Positions 35,719 to 44,574 of a stretch of 64,000 bases of DNA are shown here, in pieces. Both the position numbers and the translations under genes were made by a program. Source of the stretch: Patescibacteria group bacterium (GTDB taxonomy: Bacteria; Patescibacteriota; Minisyncoccia; Phycocordibacterales; SBAW01); contig JAIEMM010000002.1 of assembly GCA_019752125.1 (NCBI GenBank), forward strand, positions 67,062 to 131,061, given 5' to 3'. The notes beneath the pieces are model-generated. The model ran no database searches and had not been told where the DNA came from. It was given only the letters and a program-made list of their open reading frames with translations. Numbering within the stretch: the stretch's first letter is position 1; every line of letters begins with the position of its first letter.

Positions 35719-38028
35719 CTACTGCTGGAGTGTACCGTTTTGGATTTGAACGATAAGCGCCTCTATCTGAGATGCGAGCGAAGGCTGGATCTGTTCTGCA
35801 CGCTTGAGCGCTATGATGGCATTTTTCTTATCACCCGCAGTGTAATACGCAGCCGCAAGACCTACCTGGTATTGCAGATTTTGGGGGTCTTTCTTTATTC
35901 GGAGCTGCCACGTAGCGATAACACGGTCGTATTGCTTTGTCTGCACGTACACTTGGAGAAGGCGTGCGTCATCAACAATGACATCGCCAAACCCTTCCTT
36001 AAGAAGCGCATCAGCCTCTGCTTGATTACCTGTTTGTATAAGAGCTGCCGCATACAAACTGCGAGCACTGGTAAAGGCTGGAGCTTCGTCGAATGCTTTT
36101 TTAAGCGTTGACAGTGCATTCTGCTTATCCCCTGCATTTAAGTACGACACCCCAAGCTCAAACATAATTTGCTGTTTATATGGAGAGTCTGCAAGGGCCT
36201 GTGTAAGAATTTTCTGTGCCTCACCATATTGCCCGAACGAGTCCAGGAAGGCACCGGCAAATACTTCCAGGCGAGCATCATGCGAACGCTGCTGCATAAG
36301 CGTTTCTATTGAAGATTTTGCGAGGTTGAACGTATCTTGTTTAACAGATGGGTCAACTGATGTGGAAGCTGCCATGCCGGAAGTGTATTGGAGTAATTGC
36401 TCAACCACTTCCTGATACCCGATTACTGTTCCGGGCCAAGGACCAGGAGCGAGCGCGTCTTTGAAATCCTGTAGTTCCTGAGCTGCGGTCTTCGCCTGCT
36501 GGGTATACCCACCCTTGCCGTCGGACACAAGCACCTGCGGCACAAGGGCTTTGAGCAACCCTTGTGCGCGTGCAATGCCCGGCACGTTTACTGTCCACAC
36601 AACAAGGAGCGTCGCGATAATCACGACAGGCGCAGCAACTGCCACCGCGTTGTCACCAAGCGGTCTTGTCCACGACATCCATCGCGCAGGTGTTTTTTTA
36701 GAATACGAATGTACGAATGCGAGGATCAAGAAGAAGTACACCGAGCTCATAATGTCATCGAACACCGTGAGGTTATTGAAGGCATATGCAGCCAGAAGGC
36801 CGAGCAACACTGCTTGCTCAGGCACTGAAAGTTCTGAGCGCCAGATCATCCATATCGCAAGCATAAAGAGTGACACGTATAAGAGGAACGCCGGGAGGCC
36901 ACCTGCTATCAACCAGTCTAAGAACTGATTGTGGGCGCGGTCGAACCATTGCTCCTGGTTATACATCTCTGGTTGGTAATGTTTGTTGAAGACGAAGTTA
37001 AAGTTTTCTTGTCCCCATCCAAGGGCAATTGTCTTAGGTGATTCTGTAAACCCATGCCATGCCATATTCCAAATCTGAAAACGAGCGATGGTTGTTGGGT
37101 CGTTTAGAGAAATAGACGCGACACGCGAAAGGGTGTCGGAAGAATTTCGAAGAATTGGCGACGTACGCAGCGCGAAGAATGCAATAACGAGCACTGCAAT
37201 AACACCAAGCCCCCAGTACGAAACACGGCGGAGGGTACGCCACTCACTACCACGCCCCTGCCATGCAATATAGATAGCCGCAATGACAAGACCGCCGAAG
37301 AAACCCAAGAACGCACCGCGCGTTTGAGTAAAGTAGAGGCCCATAAATTGAAGTACCAATGCGATGCCATACAGCACCTGTGCCCCTGTTGAATTTCGCT
37401 GCCTCACAAGCATAAAGAGTGTGAGGAAGAGGTTGAAGAGCATGAAGATAGCGAGATACGTTGCATTTCCAAACGTACCATCAGCACGTGGACCGCTCTG
37501 GCTGCTGATTGGGAAAAAGTGTGCTGATTGCAACAATGCGTACACACCCATCAACGCACCGGACGCAATGGAAGCTTGGAACAATCTGTTCCACCAGCCC
37601 TCTGCCGCAACTACCGCACCGACAATAATAAAGTATGCACACAGATGGAGGATGGTGAGGTATCCTTCCATGCGTTCAAAGTTGCTCCAGAAGCTTTTTA
37701 GTGGGTCAACACTTACAATTGTTGCAATACCCATCCACACTACAAACGCGCACACTGCCCACATCAAGCTAGATGCGCGTGGACGATATTTTGGCTCACG
37801 AAGAGCGAGAAGTATGTACGCACCGGCAAGCAACTCAACAATAATGCGGAAAGCGAAGTTCTTTCCCGTGATGAACGGGAAGAACATGTTTGCAAGCGGA
37901 ATATAAAGGTTGTGTCCCGACTGATATCCTGCCCCACCGTCTGCAATAATAAAAGGAACAAAGAAAAGAAGTGCGGACCCAATAAGCAGCGTCCAGCGCA
38001 AAAAGCGTGTATATGACATAGCTCGCAT
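35719..38028 (-). CDS. O-antigen ligase/polymerase-like (Wzy_C) polytopic membrane protein with C-terminal TPR repeats
   Basis: About 400 aa with at least 10 TM helices of the O-antigen-ligase type, then a soluble Ala/Leu-rich TPR-like region (YNLAKSS..., ELGVSYLNAGDKQNAL..., VGLAAAYYTAGDKKNAI). Confidence 0.6.
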   Translation of the reverse strand: MRAMSYTRFLRWTLLIGSALLFFVPFIIADGGAGYQSGHNLYIPLANMFFPFITGKNFAFRIIVELLAGAYILLALREPKYRPRASSLMWAVCAFVVWMGIATIVSVDPLKSFWSNFERMEGYLTILHLCAYFIIVGAVVAAEGWWNRLFQASIASGALMGVYALLQSAHFFPISSQSGPRADGTFGNATYLAIFMLFNLFLTLFMLVRQRNSTGAQVLYGIALVLQFMGLYFTQTRGAFLGFFGGLVIAAIYIAWQGRGSEWRTLRRVSYWGLGVIAVLVIAFFALRTSPILRNSSDTLSRVASISLNDPTTIARFQIWNMAWHGFTESPKTIALGWGQENFNFVFNKHYQPEMYNQEQWFDRAHNQFLDWLIAGGLPAFLLYVSLFMLAIWMIWRSELSVPEQAVLLGLLAAYAFNNLTVFDDIMSSVYFFLILAFVHSYSKKTPARWMSWTRPLGDNAVAVAAPVVIIATLLVVWTVNVPGIARAQGLLKALVPQVLVSDGKGGYTQQAKTAAQELQDFKDALAPGPWPGTVIGYQEVVEQLLQYTSGMAASTSVDPSVKQDTFNLAKSSIETLMQQRSHDARLEVFAGAFLDSFGQYGEAQKILTQALADSPYKQQIMFELGVSYLNAGDKQNALSTLKKAFDEAPAFTSARSLYAAALIQTGNQAEADALLKEGFGDVIVDDARLLQVYVQTKQYDRVIATWQLRIKKDPQNLQYQVGLAAAYYTAGDKKNAIIALKRAEQIQPSLASQIEALIVQIQNGTLQQ

Positions 38029-38081
38029 TGTAGCAGATAGGTGTCTTTTGGGGCAAAAGACCCGTTATACTAGCCGTACAA

Positions 38082-39338
38082 ATGATCCATTGGACTAAGC
38101 AACAGTTATACGACCTTCTGCGGTGGTCTGAGCGTTACACCAAGGTAAACATGGTGCATTTTGTAGGTGGCAACGTGTGGATGAATTTGGGCAGAGTGTT
38201 TTCCATTGGGACAGGTCTCGTACTGACAGCCGCGTTTGCCAACCTCCTCGACCCCGAACTATTTGGTGTATATAAATATGTGCTCGCGGCCGCAAGTCTG
38301 GTTGGTGCGTTTACACTCAACAACATGAGCGGCGCACTGATGCGCGCCGTTGCACAAGGCAAACAGCACGTAGTGCCTGGTGTTGTGCGCACCATGATGC
38401 TCTGGAGTGTGCCGGCAAGCATCGTAAGTGCCGGGATTGGCGGATACTATCTCTTCCACGACAACACGACGCTTGGCTACGGATTTCTTTTTATAGCTGT
38501 GTTCAACGTCATTTCCAATGGGTATGGCTTAGCAAAGTCTATTATTATCGCGAAGGGCGATTTTAAAAATTCTTTTTTCTTGGGCCTTCCACGCACCATT
38601 TTCCCAATTATAGTAATTGTCGCTGCACTGTTTTTTACACACAGTGTTATCTGGATTCTTGCTGCATACTTTTTCTCAAACGCGTTTGCAAGTTGGATAC
38701 AATACCTATGGACTCTAAAGAGGTATGGTATACGAGGTTCAGAGCACGATGTTGAAGAAACTGTACGTTTTGGAAAACATTTGAGTATTCTGGGGTTTTT
38801 TGTGCTCGTAAGCGGGCAGATAGATCAACTTTTGTTGTTTCATTTTTCCGGAGGCACCCAATTGGCGATATATGCTCTTGCCCTTGCGCCTGTTCTTGAA
38901 ACACGCAATTTACTTGATAACTTTCTTTCCATACTGTTCCCGCGGCTAGCCGCAAAAGACAAGGAGGAAGCGCGACGTGGGCTAGGACTGAGACTGCGCC
39001 AGCTCACCGTAGCGGCCATTCTACTCACAGCACTCTATATTGTATGCATACCATTTCTATTTACATTCTTGTTTCCAAAATACATGCCTGCCATTCTCGT
39101 CAGCCAAGTACTTGCACTAGGAATTTTATTCCAACCACGAGGCGTAATAGACACCTATATTATTGCCCACGGAGAAGTGAAGCGACGGTATGTTGCTATT
39201 CTTTCAAGCCAAGCTGTTGAATTTATACTTTTCTGCACCCTCATTCCCCTCTTTGGGCTCTGGGGCGCAGTGTGGGCAACCGTGCTTTCTGAAGCTGGAG
39301 CGGCACTCGCACTCTATATCATCTACAAAACGCTTTAA
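38082..39338 (+). CDS. Polysaccharide flippase (Wzx-like, MOP/oligosaccharidyl-lipid flippase family). The start may be the internal Met at about 38151
   Basis: Twelve-TM profile characteristic of the Wzx polysaccharide-biosynthesis family. Confidence 0.6.
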   Translation: MIHWTKQQLYDLLRWSERYTKVNMVHFVGGNVWMNLGRVFSIGTGLVLTAAFANLLDPELFGVYKYVLAAASLVGAFTLNNMSGALMRAVAQGKQHVVPGVVRTMMLWSVPASIVSAGIGGYYLFHDNTTLGYGFLFIAVFNVISNGYGLAKSIIIAKGDFKNSFFLGLPRTIFPIIVIVAALFFTHSVIWILAAYFFSNAFASWIQYLWTLKRYGIRGSEHDVEETVRFGKHLSILGFFVLVSGQIDQLLLFHFSGGTQLAIYALALAPVLETRNLLDNFLSILFPRLAAKDKEEARRGLGLRLRQLTVAAILLTALYIVCIPFLFTFLFPKYMPAILVSQVLALGILFQPRGVIDTYIIAHGEVKRRYVAILSSQAVEFILFCTLIPLFGLWGAVWATVLSEAGAALALYIIYKTL

Positions 39339-39745
39339 GCGCTAGGCTGATTTTTGTACTCCTCGTGCAAAGGAGTCTCAAGGCGAAATGTATCTTTTTC
39401 AAAATCTTCGCCACCACGCAGACCGTCTACAAAGGTTATAAAAACAGAATCCTCGAGCGCAACAAATTCGTGCGCTTCTCCAGGCTCCCACACCGCTAGG
39501 TCATTTTTGTTCAAGATATATTTCTCAACCCTTCCTCCCTCTCCGTTCATGTCCTTGCCGTATGCCTCAAAGCTACCCGAGACAATAAAGTCGTGCTGGC
39601 GAGACACTTTGTGGAAGTGGTTGCCGCGGACACTACCTTTTGTAGTGAAGATAATAGTGCAGTGTTGTTTTGGTTCATTAACAAAAATGTCGGTGATGGT
39701 GCCGCGAGCGTCTTCAAAATTGATTGGTTTATGTTGGAGTTTCAT
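39335..39745 (-). CDS. Cupin-fold sugar 3,4-ketoisomerase-like protein (FdtA/QdtA/WxcM C-terminal domain family). Start at the internal Met (MKLQHKPINF...)
   Basis: Small cupin with the His pair HFHKVSRQHD. The internal start removes a 26-nt overlap with the upstream gene. Confidence 0.5.
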   Translation of the reverse strand: MKLQHKPINFEDARGTITDIFVNEPKQHCTIIFTTKGSVRGNHFHKVSRQHDFIVSGSFEAYGKDMNGEGGRVEKYILNKNDLAVWEPGEAHEFVALEDSVFITFVDGLRGGEDFEKDTFRLETPLHEEYKNQPSA

Positions 39746-39755
39746 ACGTACATTT

Positions 39756-41036
39756 TTACATGTGCGGAACGATAAACGCAATCTTCGGATATTTAGGTCC
39801 GAGTTTCTCTTTAAGGAATGGTGCGATGTTCCACGGCAAAATAAGCGCGTGTGTGACGGCGTCGGTAATAGCGTCGTCGGACACTATTGGTATGTGTGAG
39901 CCGGGTGTGTACTTACCTATTTTAAGAGACGATGTATCAGTAATAAATTCAAGTAGGCTTGTGTCGATTCCGCAGTAATGTAGTAGGGTGTTGCCCTTGG
40001 TTGCAGCGCCAATACCGATGACTGTTCCGCCACTGTGTTTTGCCGCAGTGAGTTCTGCCATCAAATTCAACTTAAATTGTTGGATGTTTTGCATCATGCG
40101 CTGGTACGTTCCAGCAACAAAGAGGCCGGCAGCTTCTTCTCTTGCGATATATGTTTTAACAAGCGGCGTCTCCTCTCCCCCTTTTTTAACAGTGATACGG
40201 ATGGAGCCACCCATATACTCGTTCTCCTGAATATCTGTAATGGTCATGCCGAGGTTTTTAAAGAAGCGCGCAAGCGGCTTGATTGCAAAGTACGACATGT
40301 GTTCGAGATAGATTGTGTCAAAGGCAAGCTTCTGGACGAGATGTAGCATATATGGAACTTCAGCAACAAATGCTCCTGCCTGCGCAGGCAGGCCACCTGA
40401 CACAAGCGCGCGTTCAACGTCCTGCATAAACGCGCTCATGTCGCCAATATGATTGAAGGCGTTCGTTGCAGTAATGATTTTTGCTCCGCCTTGTTTTACT
40501 ACTTCATCTACTGCCACCTTGCTCCAAAAATCATTAATGGTAGGTACGCCATTTTGTGTCGCGAGTGCTGCAATATTATGAGACGGCTCAACGCCAAGAA
40601 TTTTTGAACCCGATTGTGCACGAAACGCAGCAAGCAATGTTCCTACTGAGCTGCCGATATCTACAACCAAATCTTCTGCTCCAACTCCTTCTCGTGCAAT
40701 GACATCAGCTGCCATATCCTCGAAGTGCTGCACGGAAACTTCTGAGTTCTGTGAATCGTAACTGTAATCGTGCGCCTGGTAACGTTTCTGCGGTGGAACA
40801 ATAAAACCAGTCATCGTGTGTCCGCAGTCGCCACACAAAAGAACCTGGAGTGGGTACTTTTCCTCGGGCTCAGACAATTCCTCCTTTTTTAAAAATGTAT
40901 CGGCAAGCGGATGCAGCCCCAAATCAAGAATGAGTTTCAAATCGGCGGAGCCACACAGAAGACAAGTCGTGACAGGCATGAGTGCATACATTCTAACAGA
41001 AAGTGTTTTAAACACGTTTTTATTGACTTTCCTCAT
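39756..41036 (-). CDS. SAM-dependent sugar C-methyltransferase-like protein (TylC3/NDP-hexose C3-methyltransferase family) with an N-terminal Cys4 zinc ribbon
   Basis: C-x2-C...C-x2-C at the N-terminus (CLLCGS...CGDCGH), a class I methyltransferase core (VVDIGSSVGTLL) and a C-terminal C-methyltransferase-like domain. Confidence 0.55.
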   Translation of the reverse strand: MRKVNKNVFKTLSVRMYALMPVTTCLLCGSADLKLILDLGLHPLADTFLKKEELSEPEEKYPLQVLLCGDCGHTMTGFIVPPQKRYQAHDYSYDSQNSEVSVQHFEDMAADVIAREGVGAEDLVVDIGSSVGTLLAAFRAQSGSKILGVEPSHNIAALATQNGVPTINDFWSKVAVDEVVKQGGAKIITATNAFNHIGDMSAFMQDVERALVSGGLPAQAGAFVAEVPYMLHLVQKLAFDTIYLEHMSYFAIKPLARFFKNLGMTITDIQENEYMGGSIRITVKKGGEETPLVKTYIAREEAAGLFVAGTYQRMMQNIQQFKLNLMAELTAAKHSGGTVIGIGAATKGNTLLHYCGIDTSLLEFITDTSSLKIGKYTPGSHIPIVSDDAITDAVTHALILPWNIAPFLKEKLGPKYPKIAFIVPHM

Positions 41037-41086
41037 GATTATTGTATTCTTTCTCGGCCAACCAAAACAGCCTAAGGGAGGCTACG

Positions 41087-41998
41087 TTGCAGCAGTTCTT
41101 CGATATCATCCAAGAGGGTCGTTTCGATCCCAGAAAGATCAAGGTCGGCTGGGGCGCACCCGGCATGTCCCTCAAGCGGACGCCGGAGTCCGAAGCCTAT
41201 CTCGCCCACAAGTGGGAGGAACATCTGGCCAAGGGCAACACGCCCTGGCCGGACGATCTGAAGCCTAAGCGGGTCCGGCTGGCAAGCTTCCAACCGACCC
41301 AGGACGGTGCTGAAATCGTCCTCGATCCGTGCATCCGCTACTACGACTCGCTGGGTTCGAACTCGCCTGAGTTCGAAAAGCTGTTCGGCCACGAGTGTGT
41401 CCCCAACGCGCTGGCGGTATCGGTCTTCGTCGAGACGTATGACGGGCAGATGCTCGTCAGTGTCCGCAACAGCAAGACGGACTACAAGCCGCACGGCTAC
41501 CATCTCTCCAACGGCGGGTACTTCGAGTTCTGGAACGCGAAGGACCCCAAAAAGGCCGACAAGGACCCGACATCTGCGGCTCGGCGTGAGCTCAAGGAAG
41601 AAACCGGTCTCGACGATTCCCACGTGGTTTTGTTGGACTGCATCGGGGCGGCCTATGACCGGTGGGCGCTCCACACGGACATCATCTACCACGCTGTGAC
41701 CAACCTGACGGCGAAGCAGGCCCTCGCTCTCCCGCACGATGACGAGAACGACATGCGTGCGGTGCCGAGCGACAAGGAACACTTCGAGCTGTTCCTCGGT
41801 GGGTTCATGCATGCAAACGTCGTCATCCCGATGGCAACGTTGCTCATCATCGGCACCGAACGGTACGGCCTCCAGTGGAGGGAGGAAATGCTCAACGTCC
41901 TGGCCGACGGCAGCCAGTGCTACGATGATCCGGCCGAGCGCCTCCTCCGCGAAGCGGAAGACACCGCCCAGTTCCAGAAGTACATCCAGAGCCTGTAG
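41087..41998 (+). CDS. Hypothetical protein with a Nudix-like motif (RELKEETGL), encoded in a GC-rich island that is probably foreign. The start is probably TTG at 41087, 5 nt after the SD TAAGGGAGG
   Basis: GC is about 60% against 45-50% in the flanks, with strong GC3 bias (Lys AAG, Leu CTC/CTG). It has its own strong SD and a terminator. The track ORF (41042..) and the antisense ORF 41072..42016 are artefacts of the GC-rich composition. Confidence 0.5.
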   Translation: MQQFFDIIQEGRFDPRKIKVGWGAPGMSLKRTPESEAYLAHKWEEHLAKGNTPWPDDLKPKRVRLASFQPTQDGAEIVLDPCIRYYDSLGSNSPEFEKLFGHECVPNALAVSVFVETYDGQMLVSVRNSKTDYKPHGYHLSNGGYFEFWNAKDPKKADKDPTSAARRELKEETGLDDSHVVLLDCIGAAYDRWALHTDIIYHAVTNLTAKQALALPHDDENDMRAVPSDKEHFELFLGGFMHANVVIPMATLLIIGTERYGLQWREEMLNVLADGSQCYDDPAERLLREAEDTAQFQKYIQSL

Positions 41999-42019
41999 CC
42001 ACAGGCCCTCACACACTCA

Positions 42020-42054
42020 AGCCCTACCGGCAACGGCAGGGCTTTTTCTTTTTG
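42020..42054 (+). terminator. Rho-independent terminator of the GC-island gene
   Basis: Stem AGCCCTACCGG/CGGCAGGGCT with a GCAA loop, followed by TTTTTCTTTTT. Confidence 0.55.
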
Positions 42055-42070
42055 TAGTAAGCTACTCAGT

Positions 42071-42712
42071 ATGAAAACAGTATTGCTTACGGGAGCTGGT
42101 GGCGGCATTGGTAGCGCGATCGCATCATCCATGACTGGTGATGGGTATGAAGTGGTGACTATAGATCGAAACGATGCAGATCTTTCTTCCTACGAAGACA
42201 TTCAGAAACTTGCAGAAAAATTCTCTGCGGAGGGAAAAACGTTTGACTGGGTTGTCTGCGCGCATGGGTTTATAGACGGCGTGACGGAACCTGAGCAACA
42301 AGACCCTGAAATGATAGTTAAAAATTTCGAGGTAAATACATTCTCTCTTTTTTATATTTCGAAATTGTTTCTTCCTCTACTTACAGAGGACGGCGGAATG
42401 ATTTTTATTTCTTCGACCTCAGGTATACAAGCAAATGGGCGCTTTCTTGCATACTCAGCATCAAAGGCTGCAGTTAATTCCCTAGCCCAAGGATTGGCAC
42501 GTAATAAACCCGAACATCAATTTTTTAGCCTATGTCCTGGCCCAACAAATACATCTATGCGAGAACGCATTGCAGGTGATGCCACAAAAATGCAAAGTCC
42601 TGACGTAATTGCAAAAACTGTACTTGATCTTATAAACCAAAATGGCGATTTCAAGAGTGGAGATATTATCTCCGTCCGTGACGAACAAGTCGCTATTGTT
42701 TCAAAAATATAG
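42071..42712 (+). CDS. Short-chain dehydrogenase/reductase (SDR) family oxidoreductase
   Basis: TGAGGGIG cofactor motif and catalytic YSASK. Confidence 0.82.
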   Translation: MKTVLLTGAGGGIGSAIASSMTGDGYEVVTIDRNDADLSSYEDIQKLAEKFSAEGKTFDWVVCAHGFIDGVTEPEQQDPEMIVKNFEVNTFSLFYISKLFLPLLTEDGGMIFISSTSGIQANGRFLAYSASKAAVNSLAQGLARNKPEHQFFSLCPGPTNTSMRERIAGDATKMQSPDVIAKTVLDLINQNGDFKSGDIISVRDEQVAIVSKI

Positions 42713-42714
42713 TC

Positions 42715-43707
42715 TTACTTCTCAGCCGGCTTTGGATTTGCAAGGTACCAGTCGATGGTTCGGCGCAAACCTTCTTCAAGATTTACTTTTGCTTCCCAGC
42801 CCGTATCTGTTTTTATCTTTTCAACCGATGGTAGGCGGCGTTTAACACTACCCTCTGGAGAGTTCTTTTGGACAGTTTCTGTTGGATGCCACTGCATGAG
42901 CTCAAACATCTTTTCAACCAGATCTCCGATCTTCGTCTCAACATTTGTGCCAATGTGATACGTGCCGTTGTCAGTTTTCTTTGACTCCATGACTGTTTGG
43001 ATTGCCTCAACGGCATCGTCTATGTAGCAGAACGAGCGCGTGTCGTCTGCGCCAAAGATAGTAAATGGTTCTTCTTTAGCACTGATGCGAGCGACAAGCT
43101 CTGGGACTACATGGTCGTAGCCTGCGCGTGGCCCGTAGAAATTGTGTGGGCGCACGATAGCCATTCTAAGGTTGTAGGCCTTTGCGTAGTGAATAAAAAA
43201 CAACTCACCAATGAGCTTTTGCCCGCCGTATGACCAGCGCGAGTTGTACGTGTCAGAAATAATAAGCGGCGCAGTTTCAGGTGTTGGAATCTCAATTATG
43301 CCAAGATCAAAACCGCTCGCGTATGCTTCGTTTGAAGACGTGTAGAGAATTTTTGCATCAGGTTTTCCGTTCTTACTACGAAACCATTCGAGCGCATTCA
43401 TCGTTGTTGAGAGGCCAATGCGAAGCACTTCGTGCGGAATAGAGTAGAAAAGTTTTGTTCCGTTGATGCCAACCAAGTGATACACCTCATCGTAGCCAGT
43501 ACCAAGAGCGTCCCACGCCTCGGGCTTGGTCAAATCCCCCTCTATTAGTTTTACATTCGGAAGCTGGAGTAGTGCTTCAAAATCTGGGTTGCGTTTGCCA
43601 CGGAAAAAATTGTCTGCAAGCGTAAGTTCAACCCCCTGGCTAGCGAGGCGTTTAGAAAGATGGTAGCCGATGAATCCCGCTCCACCAGTGATAAGAACCT
43701 TTTTCAT
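42715..43707 (-). CDS. NAD-dependent nucleotide-sugar epimerase/dehydratase (extended SDR)
   Basis: ITGGAGFIG Rossmann motif and catalytic YGGQK. Confidence 0.8.
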   Translation of the reverse strand: MKKVLITGGAGFIGYHLSKRLASQGVELTLADNFFRGKRNPDFEALLQLPNVKLIEGDLTKPEAWDALGTGYDEVYHLVGINGTKLFYSIPHEVLRIGLSTTMNALEWFRSKNGKPDAKILYTSSNEAYASGFDLGIIEIPTPETAPLIISDTYNSRWSYGGQKLIGELFFIHYAKAYNLRMAIVRPHNFYGPRAGYDHVVPELVARISAKEEPFTIFGADDTRSFCYIDDAVEAIQTVMESKKTDNGTYHIGTNVETKIGDLVEKMFELMQWHPTETVQKNSPEGSVKRRLPSVEKIKTDTGWEAKVNLEEGLRRTIDWYLANPKPAEK

Positions 43708-43714
43708 TCAGCGA

Positions 43715-44503
43715 TTATAGCACCGTTGTCTTATACTTCTTGTTTATCTCGACAATGCCGTCAAAGATAGAAAGGTCGCCCGTGTTACCAAGAAGTTTCT
43801 TGGCATAGTGCGCAAGCGCAGAAGTGTCTTTAGGAAGGCATGCACCGCCGAAACCACGGAACTGTTCATTTGCATCAAGATATACATCACCAACATTGCG
43901 GTGTTTAACAATGGCATTTTTTACTTTGTTGTAGTCAGCTCCTGCAGCTTTGCAGAGGTCATAGAACTGGTTCGCATACACAATACGAAGCGCGTTGAAT
44001 ACATTCAAGAAATATTTTGCAAACTCAGCCTCAGTTGGGGTAACTACCGCATACGCTTTTGGCAATGGATCATGCACTTCTCTCAACAACTCAGCGTCAC
44101 GGGTATTGTAGACACCCATAATGCAGACATCGTGATTTTCTACGAAGTCGACATACATTGCGCGTTCACGGAGAAACTCTGGACAGAATGAGAGACGAAG
44201 ATTTGGATATTGTTTTGAGAGGCGGTCAGTGGTACCTGGCTCTACAGTAGATTTGATAGTGATGAGACCACGGAATTTTTCTGCAGCAAGATCTGCAACC
44301 ACCTTCTCTACAATGGATGTGTCGCAAGAACCGTCTGCCGACTGAGGGGTTGGAACGGAGACAAAGACGACTTCAGAGAAGAGGACGTCTTTGATAGACG
44401 TCTCAGGCATTTTAACGTCGTACACCGACACCTCATGTCCAATACGAGTAAGGCCGTGTTGAACGGCTGCACCAACTTTTCCGACTCCGATAATTCCGAC
44501 TCG
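43715..44503 (-). CDS. UDP-glucose/GDP-mannose 6-dehydrogenase family protein, short form (start probably MRVGIIGVGKVG)
   Basis: N-terminal Rossmann GIIGVGKVG, a CPEFLRE motif and the catalytic-Cys motif GGACLPKD. At about 262 aa it seems to lack the usual C-terminal UDP-binding domain. Confidence 0.55.
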   Translation of the reverse strand, partial: RVGIIGVGKVGAAVQHGLTRIGHEVSVYDVKMPETSIKDVLFSEVVFVSVPTPQSADGSCDTSIVEKVVADLAAEKFRGLITIKSTVEPGTTDRLSKQYPNLRLSFCPEFLRERAMYVDFVENHDVCIMGVYNTRDAELLREVHDPLPKAYAVVTPTEAEFAKYFLNVFNALRIVYANQFYDLCKAAGADYNKVKNAIVKHRNVGDVYLDANEQFRGFGGACLPKDTSALAHYAKKLLGNTGDLSIFDGIVEINKKYKTTVL

Positions 44504-44574
44504 CATAAAAACGTACCTTATCATAGCCACCGTTGGCCAACAACACAACTTGACTAAGAGGCAAGAAATATTGC

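Noticed and set aside
41345-41362. GGTTCGAACTC, which resembles a tRNA T-loop
   Set aside because: It lies inside the GC-island coding frame with no flanking acceptor or anticodon stem complementarity. No tRNA-sized structured segments were found in any intergenic region.
41072-42074. Track ORFs 41072..42016 (-), 41307..41699 (+), 41739..42074 (+) and 41686..41895 (-)
   Set aside because: They are long open frames created by the GC-rich, stop-poor composition of the island. The R/S/T/A-rich products look like nonsense. Only the frame with the SD, the Nudix-like motif and the terminator is coherent.
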